Assembly: GCA_963822445.1 (NCBI GenBank)
Contig: CAWGHO010000002.1
Coordinates: forward strand, 1,088,001 to 1,152,000
Direction of reading: 5' to 3'
Length of the DNA stretch: 64,000 bases
From: an uncultured Acidobacteriota bacterium
Lineage (GTDB): Bacteria > Acidobacteriota > Thermoanaerobaculia > Gp7-AA8
Positions 10,832 to 22,481 of this stretch are shown here, piece by piece. The number at the start of each line of letters is the position of its first letter. Positions within the stretch are counted from its first letter, which is position 1. The position numbers and the translations under genes were made by a program. The notes beneath the pieces are model-generated. The model did no database searches. It saw only the letters and a program-made list of their open reading frames with translations, and was not told where the DNA came from.

Positions 10832-11947
10832 TCAGGAACCAATAACCCGCTCGTACAGCGCGCGGTACCGCGGCACGATCCAGCTCTCGTCGAACTCCTT
10901 CACCGCCACTTCCCGCGCGCGCTTGCCCATCCGCTTCGCCACCACGGGATCGCGCAGGATCTCGATCGCGCGCGCGGCCATCGCGTCGACGTCACCGACC
11001 GGCAGGAGATAGCCGGTCTCGCCATCGACGACGACTTCCGGCAGACCGCCGGAGCGCGTGGCGATGACGGGGATTTCCGAAGCCATGGCCTCGAGTGCGG
11101 CCATACCGAACGACTCCGTCTCGGAAGGCAGCAGGAACAGATCGCAGCCGCCGAGGACCTCCTCGAGATTGGGAACGTTGCCGAGGAAGAAGACGCGGTC
11201 GCGCAGCTCGCGCTCGCGGATGTACGCCTCGGCGCGCGAGCGCTCCGGCCCGTCACCGATCATGATCAGCCGGCTGGGAACCTCCCGCGCCACGCGCTCG
11301 AAGGTCATGACCACGTCCATGATCCGTTTCACCGGCCGGAAGTTCGAGACGTGGCAGAGCAGCTTGTCGCCGGGCGCGCCGTAGATGTTGCACACCTTCG
11401 AGTCGCGCTTGAAGCGCGCCGGGTCGACGAAGTTGGGGATCACGTCGATCTCCTTCGACGTGTTGAAGTGCATCACCGTCTCGTCCTTCAGCCACTGCGA
11501 GACCGCGGTCACGCCGTCCGACACTTCGATGCCGAACTTCGTGATCGGCAGATAGCTCTCGTCGCGGCCGACGAGAGTGATGTCCGTGCCGTGCAGCGTG
11601 GTGATCACCTTCAGCTTCGAGCGCATGATCTGCTTCGCGAGATACGCGCTGATGGCGTGCGGAATCGCGTAATGCACGTGCAGGATGTCGAGCTTCTCGT
11701 ACGCCGCCACCTCGGCCATCTTCGTCGCCAGCGCCAGCGTGTACGGCGGATAAGGATCGAAGAGCGGATACGGCGTGACGTTGACCTCGTGGAAGTGCAC
11801 GCGCTCGTGCAGCACGTTCAGGCGCGAGGGCATCGCGTAGCTGATGAAGTGCACGTCGTCGCCGCCCTTGGCCAGCGCCAGGCCGAGCTCCGTCGCCACG
11901 ACTCCCGAGCCGCCGAAGGTGGGATAGCAGGTGATCCCGATCTTCAT
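10832..11947 (-). CDS. bshA: N-acetyl-alpha-D-glucosaminyl L-malate synthase
   Basis: MKIGITCYPTFGGSG, HVHYAIPHA, TTLHGTD, SNFRPVKR, ESFG. Confidence 0.95.
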   Translation of the reverse strand: MKIGITCYPTFGGSGVVATELGLALAKGGDDVHFISYAMPSRLNVLHERVHFHEVNVTPYPLFDPYPPYTLALATKMAEVAAYEKLDILHVHYAIPHAISAYLAKQIMRSKLKVITTLHGTDITLVGRDESYLPITKFGIEVSDGVTAVSQWLKDETVMHFNTSKEIDVIPNFVDPARFKRDSKVCNIYGAPGDKLLCHVSNFRPVKRIMDVVMTFERVAREVPSRLIMIGDGPERSRAEAYIRERELRDRVFFLGNVPNLEEVLGGCDLFLLPSETESFGMAALEAMASEIPVIATRSGGLPEVVVDGETGYLLPVGDVDAMAARAIEILRDPVVAKRMGKRAREVAVKEFDESWIVPRYRALYERVIGS

Positions 11948-12669
11948 GACACTTCGCGTCCCGAGTACGCCGCAATCACGTCGTCGATCTTCGGTGGCTG
12001 CTTCGTCACGAACGCCTCGCCGTACTGGGCGCCGATCAGAGCCCCGAAATGCTTGCCGCGGGCCTCGATCATGTCCAGGAATTTCGGGTCGGAGATGAAG
12101 GTGTTCGGCTCTTTCGAGTTCGGATCGAAGAACTGCGACTTGTACGCGGCTACGGCCTTCATCTTCGTCTTCCAGTGCTTCGTCACGTCGACCACGAACG
12201 ACGGCGGAAACATGTAGTTCTGCAAGTAGTACGCAACGGTTTGCGGCCGATGCGCGGGTCTGTCCGTCTTCAGCGACTTCAATCCCGCGTAAAACGAAGC
12301 CTCGGTCACGATCCGCCCGGTGCGGGTGTGATCGGGATGGCGATCGTCGGGATAGGGCGCGATGACGAAGCGGGGCTTGCGGACGCGCAGGATCTCGATG
12401 ATCTGCAGCTCTTCCTCGCGGCCGGTGCGCAGGTTGCCGTCGCCGAAATCGAGCGACTCGCGGAACGTTGCGCCGAGGGCTTTCGCGGCCGCGGCGGATT
12501 CTCGCTTCCGCGTTTGCGGCGTGCCGCGCGTGCCCATTTCGCCGCGGGTCAGATCGACGATGCCGATGCGAAAGCCGTCCTTCACGAATTTCGCGGCCGC
12601 GCCGCCCGCGCTGAGCTCCACGTCGTCCGGATGCGCGCCGAAGAAGATGATGTCGACTGTATCTGTCAT
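11944..12669 (-). CDS. bshB1: Bacillithiol biosynthesis deacetylase
   Basis: AHPDDVE, DLTRGEMGTRG, RHPDH, YKSQF, YGEAF. Confidence 0.92.
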   Translation of the reverse strand: MTDTVDIIFFGAHPDDVELSAGGAAAKFVKDGFRIGIVDLTRGEMGTRGTPQTRKRESAAAAKALGATFRESLDFGDGNLRTGREEELQIIEILRVRKPRFVIAPYPDDRHPDHTRTGRIVTEASFYAGLKSLKTDRPAHRPQTVAYYLQNYMFPPSFVVDVTKHWKTKMKAVAAYKSQFFDPNSKEPNTFISDPKFLDMIEARGKHFGALIGAQYGEAFVTKQPPKIDDVIAAYSGREVS

Positions 12670-14186
12670 AAGCTCCACGATTCTGAAGTGATCCGAATCC
12701 GGCTCGATCTCCTCGACGATGCGATCGAGAAGATGCGAGCCGTAGACGCACCAGTAAGCGAACCAGCCCACAACACGGTCCTGCACGTGGCGGTCGGGGT
12801 AAAACGTGGCCACGAGCTCGCGCGCCGCGGCGAAGCGCTCGCGGTCCTTGCGGACGAGGCCCTTGATCGCGCGCTCGGCCAGTTTCTCGAAGTGAAATTC
12901 GAGATGACCGATCGAGCGCTGAATCGATCCGGCCAGTGAATGATCGGCGGGCAGAGACAATTCGCCGATCTGCTCGATGCGCTTCATCAACTCCCGCTTT
13001 CCTTCCGCCTTCAGCGCGTGGATCTTCGCGACGCCCTCCGGCTCGCGCTCGGTCGAGCAACGCTTCCGGTGACGCGAAGACTTCCGTCGGATCGATCTCG
13101 TACCGCTCGAACATGCGCGTGACGCGTTTCGGCGCAACGAGCACATGACCGCGCAACGCGACGCGAGGCATCGTGACGCCGAGAAGGTCGTGCAACGTGC
13201 TCAGTCTGCGCGTAGTACGCGACTTCCGCGGGACCGCCGACGAAGATGTCCGGGCGGAGGACGAAATCCTGCAGCAGCGGACGGGTGAGGGCGGAGGTGG
13301 AGATCCTCTCGGGATCGGGAAGGCGCGTCAGCGGCACGCGGTGGTTGTTCGCGTCGAGCTCGTAGAGCAGCGTGTACTCGTCGCCGTCGCGAGCGATGAT
13401 CTGTTCGCTGTACCCGGCGGCCTTCAGCTCATCGCCGCGGTCGTTCAGCGCGGCCTGAATCTCGTCGCGCCGCGCGTGGATCTGGCCGAAGAGCGACGCG
13501 CCGGCGCGGCGAAGCTCGGGCAGCAATGCATCGACGAGGATGACTTCGCCGCCGGCGACGCTGGCGATCAGTTCAGCGAAGGAATCGCGAAAGGTGATGC
13601 CCGCGCGGAGCCAGTTGGGGCGGGGGATGTCGAAGAGGGCGAGGAGCTGGGTGATCAGCGAATCGGGAACGGGAAGCGATCCGACGGCGGCGCGACCATC
13701 CGCCCCACGGATCGCGCGCATACAGACCAGGTCGAGCTGGCGGTTGACGTCTTTCTGCGGCGCTAGTGTCGACACCGGCACATTCAGCTGCGCCACTTCA
13801 TCGAAGTCATGATCCTCGGTCGCCAGCCAGAAGAACGCCGTGACCGGCGTGCCCTGCGCTTCGAAGTCGCGCTTCATCTTGATGAGCGTGGCCAGCTTCG
13901 CGAGGGTGTACAGCGGGCCGCCGGCGAAGCCGACCTGCTGGCCGGCGACGATGGTGAGAGTCTCGCCGCGCTGCCATTTCTCGATCGGTTCGCGGGCGAA
14001 GATGCCCCAGTGGCGGTTGCTGTTCTGGACTGCGGCAGCAAAGCTGCCGCTCTTAGAGCTGCGGCTCTGCCGCAGCAGTCCAGAGGGGTTACGCGGCACG
14101 AATTGCGTCGCGTTCTTCTCGCCCGCCAGCCAATCGAGCACGAACCTGTTCATGCCCGGGTACTGCGTCAGCGGCACGCGCGTCAT
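12666..14186 (-). CDS. bshC: Bacillithiol cysteine-adding enzyme (two frameshifts; 3' end in frame with bshB1)
   Basis: AGQQVGFAGGPLYT..K, FWLATEDHDFDE, GGPAEVAYYAQ, C-terminal P..HVQDR. Confidence 0.9.
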
Positions 14187-14900
14187 CAGCGTTTGCTCCC
14201 GACCAGGATCAGGCGCGGCGAGGTGCGGTCGAAGGCCGAGCCGTCGAAGTCGCCGAACGCGGCGCGGATGATCAGATTGCTGGACGCGAACATGGCCGAG
14301 ATCTCGTCGAGATCGTAGCCTCGTACGCGCTCCAGCTAGCGCTTTTGACCGATCGTCATCCGTTTGTTGATCGATCGGTCCGATCGGTCGAACCACCTCT
14401 CTATGAACACGTCGCCGAGGGGTGTCGTTCGCGTCTCGCGCTGGACGAGGTTCTCCAGCTCGCGGTGGACGTTGAGATAGTCGAAGAGGAACATGGCGCC
14501 GGAACGCGAGCACGCGGCTCATCTCCCGGACGACCTGCGCGTTCTCATCTTCGGTGGAGAAGTAGCCGAAGCTGGTGAAGAAGTTCACCAGGGCCGCGAA
14601 CACACCGTCGCAGAAAGGCAGATGGCGCATGTCCGCGCGCGCGACCGGCATCGCTCCATATTCGCGAACGCCGGTGCGCAGCAGCGTGTAGGAAAGGTCG
14701 CAGCCGACGCGCGTGATAGTCCGAGGGCCTGCAGTTCCTGGATGTGGCGGCCCATTCCGCAGGCCAGGTCGAGCACCGGGCCGTCGACGCGTCCGGCACT
14801 GGTCGCTGAAGAACGCCACCTGCTGGCGCGCCTCGTTCTCGTCGCGGTGGGAGTAGAGCTCGAGATACTCCTCGCCGAACCATTCCTGGTACCAGGCCAT
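14186..14900 (-). CDS. Class I SAM methyltransferase, NmbA-like (several indels)
   Basis: MAWYQEWF..YLELYSHRDENEA, VLDLACGMGRH, ADMRHLPF, FFTSFGYF; TGATG overlap with bshC. Confidence 0.82.
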
Positions 14901-14924
14901 GAATCGGGGAGTGTATACGGGCCG

Positions 14925-15941
14925 TCAGACCCGGCGATTCTCGATGATGCGCACGTTCTCCCGGGCGCGCTCCAGCGCCGCCTCCAGGCTGGCCACGAGC
15001 GCCTTCGCGTTCGCGAGCAGCTCCTGCATCTCCGCCTGTTCCGCGCCGGCGTCGTGAATCTGCGCGGCGGGCTCGGCGAACGGATCCTCGAAGTCGTCGA
15101 CGGTGACCTCCGGCTCGGCGACGGCGACGTCGGCGAACGGATCGTCCTCGACCTCGACGGGATGCTCACCGGTGTCGAACGGAGAGATCGCCGCCCCGAA
15201 CGGTGACTGCTGCAGGACGGGGGGAGCGGGAGGAGCCGCGGGCGCGGCCTCGCTCTTCATCGACAGCTTCGGCGTTCCCGCCGAATGCGCGGCCACGCCC
15301 GATCGCTGGGTCATGTCCGGCGCGGTCAGCTCCGGCTCTTCATGCAGCGTCGTGTCGACGTTGTTCTTGAGGTTGTCGAGAATTTTCGACACCGCCGCGC
15401 GCAACGTCGCGGTAACCCCGACGCCGGTTTTGGCCGACGCCTCGATGACCGGCGCGTTGCCCGGCTGCAGATAGGCGGACATGTCCTCGACCGTGTCGAC
15501 ATTGGGTAAATCGCGCTTGTTGTACTGAAAGACGATCGCGACTTTCTCCGGATCGAGGCGATTGAGGCGCAGGTTGGTCTTGAGATTTTCGAGGCTGTCG
15601 AGGTTCGAGGCGTGCATGGTGTTCTGCGAATCGGCAACGAACACCACCCCATCCGCCCCGCGCAGCACGAGCTTGCGCGTGGCGTCGTAAAACACCTGGC
15701 CGGGCACGGTGTAGAGCTGCACGCGGACCTTCTGGCCGGCAATGGTGCCCAGCTCCATCGGCATGAAGTCGAAGAAGAGCGTGCGGTCCGTCTCCGTCGA
15801 CATGGAGATCATCTTTCCCTTGTTCTCGAGCTTCGGATTTCCGTAGATCTTCTCGAGATTGGTGGTCTTGCCGCACAGGCCCGGCCCGTAATAAACGAGC
15901 TTGACCGTGACTTCGTTGATGGCCTTGTTGATCAGAACCAT
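14925..15941 (-). CDS. MglA-family small GTPase with long acidic/Pro-rich C-terminal extension
   Basis: YYGPGLCGKTTN, DRTLFFD, TVPGQ, QYNKRD. Confidence 0.9.
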   Translation of the reverse strand: MVLINKAINEVTVKLVYYGPGLCGKTTNLEKIYGNPKLENKGKMISMSTETDRTLFFDFMPMELGTIAGQKVRVQLYTVPGQVFYDATRKLVLRGADGVVFVADSQNTMHASNLDSLENLKTNLRLNRLDPEKVAIVFQYNKRDLPNVDTVEDMSAYLQPGNAPVIEASAKTGVGVTATLRAAVSKILDNLKNNVDTTLHEEPELTAPDMTQRSGVAAHSAGTPKLSMKSEAAPAAPPAPPVLQQSPFGAAISPFDTGEHPVEVEDDPFADVAVAEPEVTVDDFEDPFAEPAAQIHDAGAEQAEMQELLANAKALVASLEAALERARENVRIIENRRV

Positions 15942-15994
15942 GGATTGTTTCCTCTCGGGGACCGACCGTCGAATCTTACTAGAATAGGGATCAC

Positions 15995-18274
15995 ATGCTC
16001 GTGCCGGGGTCGCGCGTCGGTCCATACGAAGTGCTCTCTCTTCTCGGCGAAGGCGGCATGGGCCAGGTCTATCGCGGCCGCGATCCCCGCCTCGGACGCG
16101 ACATCGCCATCAAAGTCCTGGCGAAGGACTCCTCGCAGGACGCCGACGCCATCGCGAGGCTCGAGCGCGAAGCTCGTGCGATCGCGGCGCTCTCCCATCC
16201 GAACATCGTCGCCGTGCATGACGTCGGGCGCGAAGACGGCAACTTCTACGTCGTCACGGAGTTGCTCGAGGGCTTGACGTTGCGCGAGCAGATTCACGCC
16301 GCGCCTCTGACCTGGCGCCGCGCCGTCGAAGTGGGTGCGGAAGTCGCGGAAGGCCTCGCGGCCGCGCACGCGAAGTCGATCGTCCACCGCGACCTCAAGC
16401 CCGAAAACATCTTCCTCACCAGCGACGGGCGGGTGAAGGTGCTCGATTTCGGGCTCGCGCAAACCGATCCGCTGCTGATGCAGCGCGACGAGATCAACAT
16501 CCCCACGACGAAATGGTTCCAGACCCATCCGGGAACGGTCATCGGAACGCTCGGCTACATGGCGCCCGAGCAACTTCGCGGCGAAGCCGTCGACCCCAGC
16601 GCGGACATCTTCGCCCTCGGCTGCATCCTCTACGAGATGGTCACGGCCAAGAAACCGTTCCATCGCGAGTCTGGCGCGGCGACGATCGCCGCGATTCTCA
16701 AAGAAGAGATTCCGCGCGCGTCGCTGACTTCGAAGGTGCCGCCGGAGTTTCAGCGGATCATCGAAGGCTGCGTGGAAAAAGTCGCGGCGATGCGCTTCCA
16801 GTCGGCGCGCGATCTCGCCCTCACCCTTCGCGCCATCGGCAGCAGCGCGTCGAATCTCGACGAGAATCTGATCCGCCACATCACCCGGCCGCGGAAATCG
16901 AAATCGATCGACTCCATCGCCGTCCTGCCGCTCAGCAACGCCACGAACGACCCCGACACGGAGTACCTGAGCGACGGCATCACCGAGAGCCTGATCAACC
17001 GCCTCTCGCAGTTGCCGAAGCTGAAGGTAATGGCCCGCAGCACCGCCTTCCGCTACAAGAACCGCGACGCGGATGCACAAGCGGTCGGCCGCGAGTTGCG
17101 CGTGCGGGCGGTACTGACCGGTCGCGTACAGCACATCGGCGAGCGGGTCGTCGTCAACGTCGAGCTGGTCGATTCGCTCGACGGCTCCCTGCTCTGGGGC
17201 GAGACTTACAACCGCGAGCTCGCCGATCTGCTCAAGCTGCAGGAAGAGATGTCCGCGGAGATCGCCGACAAGCTGCGCCTCAAGCTCACCGGCGCGGACA
17301 AGAAGAAACTGCGCAAACGCGCGACGCAGAACAGCGAGGCCTATCAGCTCTACCTGAAAGGCCGCTATCACTGGAACAAGCGGACCGGCGAGAGCGTCCG
17401 CCGCGGCATTCAACTGTTTCGCGAGGCCATCGAGGTCGATCCCACGTTCGCGAGCGCCCACGCCGGTCTCGCCGACAGCTTCATCACCCTGGCCACGAAC
17501 ATCCCTCTCCCGCCGCATGACGCCATGCCCAAAGCAAAAGCCTCGGCGATGCGCGCCATCCAGATCGACGACGGACTCGCCGAAGCCTGGGCGTCGCTGG
17601 GGGCGGTGCGGTGGTGGTTCGACTGGGATTGGGACGGCGCCGAGGAGGCGTACAAGCGGGCGATCGAGCTCAATCCGAACTACGCGACGGCGCACGACGG
17701 CTACGCGATGCTGCTTGCGGCGCGCGGCCGTTTCGGTGAGGCGATCGAGCAGAACACGAAGGCCGCCGATCTCGATCCGCTCTCGCTGATCGCCGCTGTG
17801 CACGCGGGATGGCCCTTCTACTTCGCGCGCGATTTCGAATCGGCCATCCGCCGCTTTCGCAAGGCCCTCGATCTCGACGAGCACTTCATCCCCGCCCACG
17901 GCTGGCTGGGAATGGCCCTCGGCCAGCAGCGCCGCTACGACGAAGCCATCGATGCATTCGCCCGTGCGCTGGAAGTCGATCGCATACCCATTCTCATGGC
18001 CATGCTCGCCCACACGCACGCGATTGCCGGCCATCGCGATCGCGCCGAAGAGCTGCTGGCGGATCTCGTGGCGCAGTCGCAGAGCCGGTACATCTCGCCT
18101 TACGACATCGCCGTCGTGCACGCCGGCCTGGGGAACACGAGCGAAGCGCTGAAGCACCTGCGCGATGCCGTCGAGGACCGGTCGGCGTGGCTCGTGTTCG
18201 TGAACGTCGATCCGCGGTTGGATTCGTTGAGGGGAGAGGTGGGATTTGGGGAGATCGGGACGGCGTTACACTAG
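15995..18274 (+). CDS. Hanks-type Ser/Thr kinase with TolB-N-like and TPR domains
   Basis: [23 protein letters not shown]; SIAVLP; TPR-like repeats. Confidence 0.95.
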   Translation: MLVPGSRVGPYEVLSLLGEGGMGQVYRGRDPRLGRDIAIKVLAKDSSQDADAIARLEREARAIAALSHPNIVAVHDVGREDGNFYVVTELLEGLTLREQIHAAPLTWRRAVEVGAEVAEGLAAAHAKSIVHRDLKPENIFLTSDGRVKVLDFGLAQTDPLLMQRDEINIPTTKWFQTHPGTVIGTLGYMAPEQLRGEAVDPSADIFALGCILYEMVTAKKPFHRESGAATIAAILKEEIPRASLTSKVPPEFQRIIEGCVEKVAAMRFQSARDLALTLRAIGSSASNLDENLIRHITRPRKSKSIDSIAVLPLSNATNDPDTEYLSDGITESLINRLSQLPKLKVMARSTAFRYKNRDADAQAVGRELRVRAVLTGRVQHIGERVVVNVELVDSLDGSLLWGETYNRELADLLKLQEEMSAEIADKLRLKLTGADKKKLRKRATQNSEAYQLYLKGRYHWNKRTGESVRRGIQLFREAIEVDPTFASAHAGLADSFITLATNIPLPPHDAMPKAKASAMRAIQIDDGLAEAWASLGAVRWWFDWDWDGAEEAYKRAIELNPNYATAHDGYAMLLAARGRFGEAIEQNTKAADLDPLSLIAAVHAGWPFYFARDFESAIRRFRKALDLDEHFIPAHGWLGMALGQQRRYDEAIDAFARALEVDRIPILMAMLAHTHAIAGHRDRAEELLADLVAQSQSRYISPYDIAVVHAGLGNTSEALKHLRDAVEDRSAWLVFVNVDPRLDSLRGEVGFGEIGTALH

Positions 18275-18281
18275 CCTCCTC

Positions 18282-18959
18282 ATGTCCCGGAAAGAACTTC
18301 TGGCCCGAGTCCAGACCGAACAGATCATCGGCGTCGTCCGCGAGAACACCGTCGAGGCGGCGCTGGCCGTCGCGCATGCGTATGCGCAGAACGGCATCCG
18401 CATCCTCGAGATCACACTCACCTCACCCGACGCCATCGAGCTGATCGCCACCGTCGCCCAGCAATACGCGGGCGAGATCGTCGTCGCCGCGGGAACCGTG
18501 CGCAGCACCAACGACGCGGCCATGGCCCGGCGCGCAGGCGCGGAAGTGATCGTCTCGCCGCACACCGACCCGCACGTCATCGAATACGCGAACGAAAACG
18601 ACCTGCTCTGCGTCGCCGGCGCGGCAACCTGCACGGAGATCATCCGCGCGTGGGAGCTCGGCGCGGACATCGTCAAGGTCTACCCCGCCCATCACCTCGG
18701 CGGCCCCGACTTCATCCGCACCATCCGCGGTCCCATTCGCGACGTGTTGATGCTCGCCGGCGGACCGGTGCCGCTCGACGAGATCGACGCCTACCTCGAT
18801 GCCGGTTGCGTCGCTGTCAATCTCGGCGGATCGCTCGCCGTTCCGGACCTCGTGCGCGACGAGCAGTGGGAAGAGATCGGACGCCGCGTGGTTCTGGCGA
18901 CGTCGATCGTGGCGTCGCGGCGCGCCATCGCAGAGTCCATCGCCCCCTATGTTCACTGA
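18282..18959 (+). CDS. eda: KDPG/KHG aldolase family protein
   Basis: LEITLT, AGTV, VSP, TEI..A...GADIVKVYPA. Confidence 0.8.
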   Translation: MSRKELLARVQTEQIIGVVRENTVEAALAVAHAYAQNGIRILEITLTSPDAIELIATVAQQYAGEIVVAAGTVRSTNDAAMARRAGAEVIVSPHTDPHVIEYANENDLLCVAGAATCTEIIRAWELGADIVKVYPAHHLGGPDFIRTIRGPIRDVLMLAGGPVPLDEIDAYLDAGCVAVNLGGSLAVPDLVRDEQWEEIGRRVVLATSIVASRRAIAESIAPYVH

Positions 18960-19484
18960 CATGCCGGCCACCCTCCTCGCCATCCTGCTCTTCACGACCT
19001 CTTTCCCCTCGGCGAGCCTGACGTCGTGGATGCGCCCGGAGGCGTTCCATCTGCGCATCGGAATGGATCGCGGCGAGGCCGTGCGCGCGCTCGCGGCGTG
19101 GCACCCGAAGCCCGGCAAGGATAAGAACGAGATCGTCGTCGACTACACCGGCGAGAAAGCGCTGACGCTCGACTTCCGCGACGACCGCCTGCACTCGATC
19201 CGCTTCGAGCTCTTCGCGTTCCTTCCCCAGGTCCGCAAAGCGTTCACGAGGAGAACGAGCGGCTGAAGGAGAAACGAGGCGCGCCGCGGAAGAGCACGAA
19301 AGCAGTGCTGATCTACGACCAGGCACTGCCGAACGTCATGGTCGTACTCGCGGACGATCCGAAGACCAAGCAGGGCATGCAGGGCATCGGCATGCTGGCG
19401 GTGCGCTACTACGACCCGGCCGCTACTTCGATCCCGAATCCGCCGGCGCCAGCTGCGCCCGCGACTCCCCAGGCTTCGCAGTGA
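18949..19484 (+). CDS. Hypothetical secreted protein (frameshift near 19248)
   Basis: Signal-like start; reading continues in another frame as EENERLKEKRG...LAVRYYDP. Confidence 0.55.
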
Positions 19485-21361
19485 GCCGGCGGGCCTTCCC
19501 CTCGTAAACGAAGACGCCTTCGCCGAGGGTGCCGACGTAGTAGCGATTGCGGGCGAAGGGATCGGGCGACACCGCGGTCACCTCGGTATTGCGCGACGGA
19601 AGGGTGAGCTCGCTCCACTCCGGCTCGGTCGGCTCGCCGATGAGGATCTCCCGTTGCTGCCGCGAAGTCAGAAACAGCATCTGACCTCCCGCGCGGCTGC
19701 TGCCATGCACGACCGCGTACTGCGCGTCGGGCGCCTCGGCGGGCTGCCAGCGGCGGCTCGCGTCGATGATGCCCGCCTTCACGCCCTGCGATCCGGCGAC
19801 GAACACCAACTCCGCGCCGCCCGCGGTTCTGACGGCGATGGTGCGGCCCTTTTCCGGCGCGCCGGCGATCGTGCTCCAGGCCTGACCGTCGAACACTTCG
19901 ACGCCGACGGCGGTCAACGCGTACAGCGCGCGATTGCTGTCGATCGAGCCGAGGGCGATGTCGACGGCGCGGTTTTTCGCGCCGGCCAGGCGATACCAGC
20001 TCTTGCCGCCGTCGCGAGTGGTGAACACGCCCTCCGTCGTTGCGGCGAAGGAGCGCTGCCGGTTGAAGCGGATGACCTTCCCGACGCGAATGGGGAAGCT
20101 CGAAGGCTCCGCCTGAGTCCACTCCACGGCGTCATTGCTCCAGAAGAAACCCTTTTCCGTACCGGCGATGAACTTCACCTCTGCATCGGCTTCGGAGGCG
20201 ATGGTCAGTGAGAGCACTTCCGGAAGCGCGACGCGGCTGGCTTTTTCCCAGGTCTTTCCGGCGTCGTCCGAGCGATAGATGCCCGACGCCGCGCCGCCGA
20301 AGACGACCGCCGCGTAAACGCGATCTTTCTCGAACGGATCGGGAGCGACGGTGGTGATGCGCAGGTTCTGCAGGCCGGCCGATGTGCGCTCGAACGTTTT
20401 TCCGCGATCGTGCGAGATGTAGACGCCATCGCCTTCGATGCCGAGGACGATGCGCTTCGGACGCTGCGGATGAAGGACGACCGAGTTGATGACCAGTCCT
20501 TCATCGGAGAGCACGTACCAGCTCTTGCCCTTGTCCTCCGAGCGATACAGACCAGCGACCGAGCCCGCGTAAACCGTGTCTTCATCGCACGGGTCGATCT
20601 CGACGTCATGAATGCGGCGGTTGTTGAAGCCGTCGCGGTAGCGCGTCCAATTGTCGCCGCCGTTCACGCTGTTGTAGACCCAGCCGCACGTTGCGACCCA
20701 CATGTTGTCGGGCTGCTTCGGGATCGATGGTGATCGAGAACATGTCCGTGTCGAGGACCATCCCGTCGGCGATGTGCTTCCACGACTTGCCGCCGTCGTC
20801 CGTGCGCCATCCCTGGCGCCACGTGCCGACGTAGATGCGATCTTTCGAACGCGGATCGATGGCCAGCGACTCGACGTTGATCTGCTCGGAAATCTTCTCC
20901 CACGTGCGGCCGGCGTCGGCGGTGCGATAAACGCCGGTCAGGCCGCCGACGACGAGGTAGCCGGCATCGTTCGGATCGATGGCGATGGCGCGGACGGAGA
21001 AGTCTTCGAGGCCCGCATCGCGGCGCTCCCAGGTCTTGCCGCCGTCGGGAGAAACGGCGATGACGCCGCCACCCCACAGACCCCAGCAGGCCGCCCAGAG
21101 ATTGCCCTCGCGATCGAGGAGGAGGTTGTCGACGATGTAGTTGGGAAAGGGGATGCCGTTCCGTGGGCTGACCCAGCTCTTCGCGCCGTCACGGGATACG
21201 TAAACCTCGCCGCCGCTCGTGCCGAGGAAAAACGTCTCGGGATCACTCGGATCGACGATCAGAGCCCGCACATCCGCGCCGAACAATCCGGCCCGCCGCC
21301 ACTGGGCGGCGAGGGGGGAGGTGAGAAGGCAAAGAGTGAGGAGAATCAGAAGTTTACGCAT
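19423..21361 (-). CDS. Secreted BNR/Asp-box beta-propeller protein (frameshift near 20715)
   Basis: Signal peptide; many SxDGGxTW repeats. Confidence 0.88.
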
Positions 21362-21421
21362 GGCCGCCCGTTGGAATGTAGTTTTACCACAGGCGGCCTA
21401 AGCAAACGGGCCGCCACTACC

Positions 21422-21528
21422 AGTCGTTAGTGGTTAGTCGTTAGTGATTAGTAGAACCGGGCGCCGAGCGCCGGTCGTCGTGGCCGGGCGGGGGCCGACT
21501 AACGACTAACGACTAACCACTAACGACT
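21422..21528. repeat. Inverted heptamer tandem-array element (TTAGTSG)n...(CSACTAA)n
   Basis: Left arm 21422-21452; right arm 21496-21528; GC-rich spacer. Confidence 0.9.
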
Positions 21529-21551
21529 CCGTCAGGTATTCTTCGCACCGA

Positions 21552-22481
21552 ATGGGCTTGTTACGCACGTGCGTCTTCCCCTGCGCGGGCTTCGGAACCC
21601 GGTTCTTTCCGGCCACGAAAGTCGTTCCGAAGGAAATGCTTCCGCTGGTGGACAAGCCGATCCTGCAGTACGGGATCGAGGAGGCCCGCGATTCCGGCCT
21701 CGACAAGCTCATCATCGTGACGTCGAAGGGGAAGGACTCGATCCTCGACCACTTCGACCGCACGGCCGAGCTCGAGCGCTCGCTGCGGGAGCGGGGGAAG
21801 ACAGACCTGCTCGCGGAAGTGGACAACGTCAGCCGGATGGTCGACCTCATCTCCGTCCGCCAGAAAGAAGCCCTCGGCCTCGGCCACGCGGTGCTGACCG
21901 CGCGCGATGCCGTCGGCGGTGAGCCCTTCGCGGTCGTGCTCCCTGACGACGTCATCCTCGCCGACGAACCCTGCCTCAAACAGATGCGGCGTGTATTCGA
22001 GGAAACCGGACGCCCCGTGATCGCGCTGATGGAAGTGTCGCAGGAAGAAACGGCGCGATACGGCGTGGTCGCCGGCGACCTGCTCGGCCACCGCCGCTTC
22101 CGGGTGAAGGACATGGTCGAGAAGCCGAAGATCAATCCGCCTTCGCGATACGCGATCATCGGCCGCTACATCCTTCCGCCGGACATCTTTCCGCTGCTCG
22201 AGAAAACGGAACGCGGCGCCGCGGGCGAGATTCAGCTCACTGACGCACTGCGCGAGCTCGTTCGCCAGGGCGACTTTTACGGCTACGTGTTCAAGGGCCG
22301 CCGTTACGACGCGGGCGAGAAGCTCGGCTACCTCAAGGCCACGGTCGATTACGCGTTGCGCCATCCCCAGCTCGGCGCCGATTTCCGCTCGTACATCGAA
22401 GAGATCGTCGAGCACGGCCACGAGGATGCCGATGCCGACGCGACGACGCCCCGCGGTCCCCGTCCCGTCGTGGCGTCGTGA
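21552..22481 (+). CDS. galU: UTP--glucose-1-phosphate uridylyltransferase
   Basis: AGFGTRF.PATK..PKEMLP..DKP, VEKP, GEIQLTDA. Confidence 0.96.
   Translation: MGLLRTCVFPCAGFGTRFFPATKVVPKEMLPLVDKPILQYGIEEARDSGLDKLIIVTSKGKDSILDHFDRTAELERSLRERGKTDLLAEVDNVSRMVDLISVRQKEALGLGHAVLTARDAVGGEPFAVVLPDDVILADEPCLKQMRRVFEETGRPVIALMEVSQEETARYGVVAGDLLGHRRFRVKDMVEKPKINPPSRYAIIGRYILPPDIFPLLEKTERGAAGEIQLTDALRELVRQGDFYGYVFKGRRYDAGEKLGYLKATVDYALRHPQLGADFRSYIEEIVEHGHEDADADATTPRGPRPVVAS

Noticed and set aside
14336-14338. In-frame TAG in the methyltransferase as pyrrolysine or readthrough
   Set aside because: Context KR*LERVR fits a miscalled TAC in an already error-rich gene.
15932-18157. Long antisense ORFs (this 741-aa one and similar ones at 50718 and 60023)
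   Set aside because: Shadow or alternative-frame ORFs typical of high-GC coding DNA; no motifs.
21422-21528. Repeat loci as CRISPR arrays
   Set aside because: Units are 7-8 nt, tandem and inverted, with no spacer series and no cas genes.
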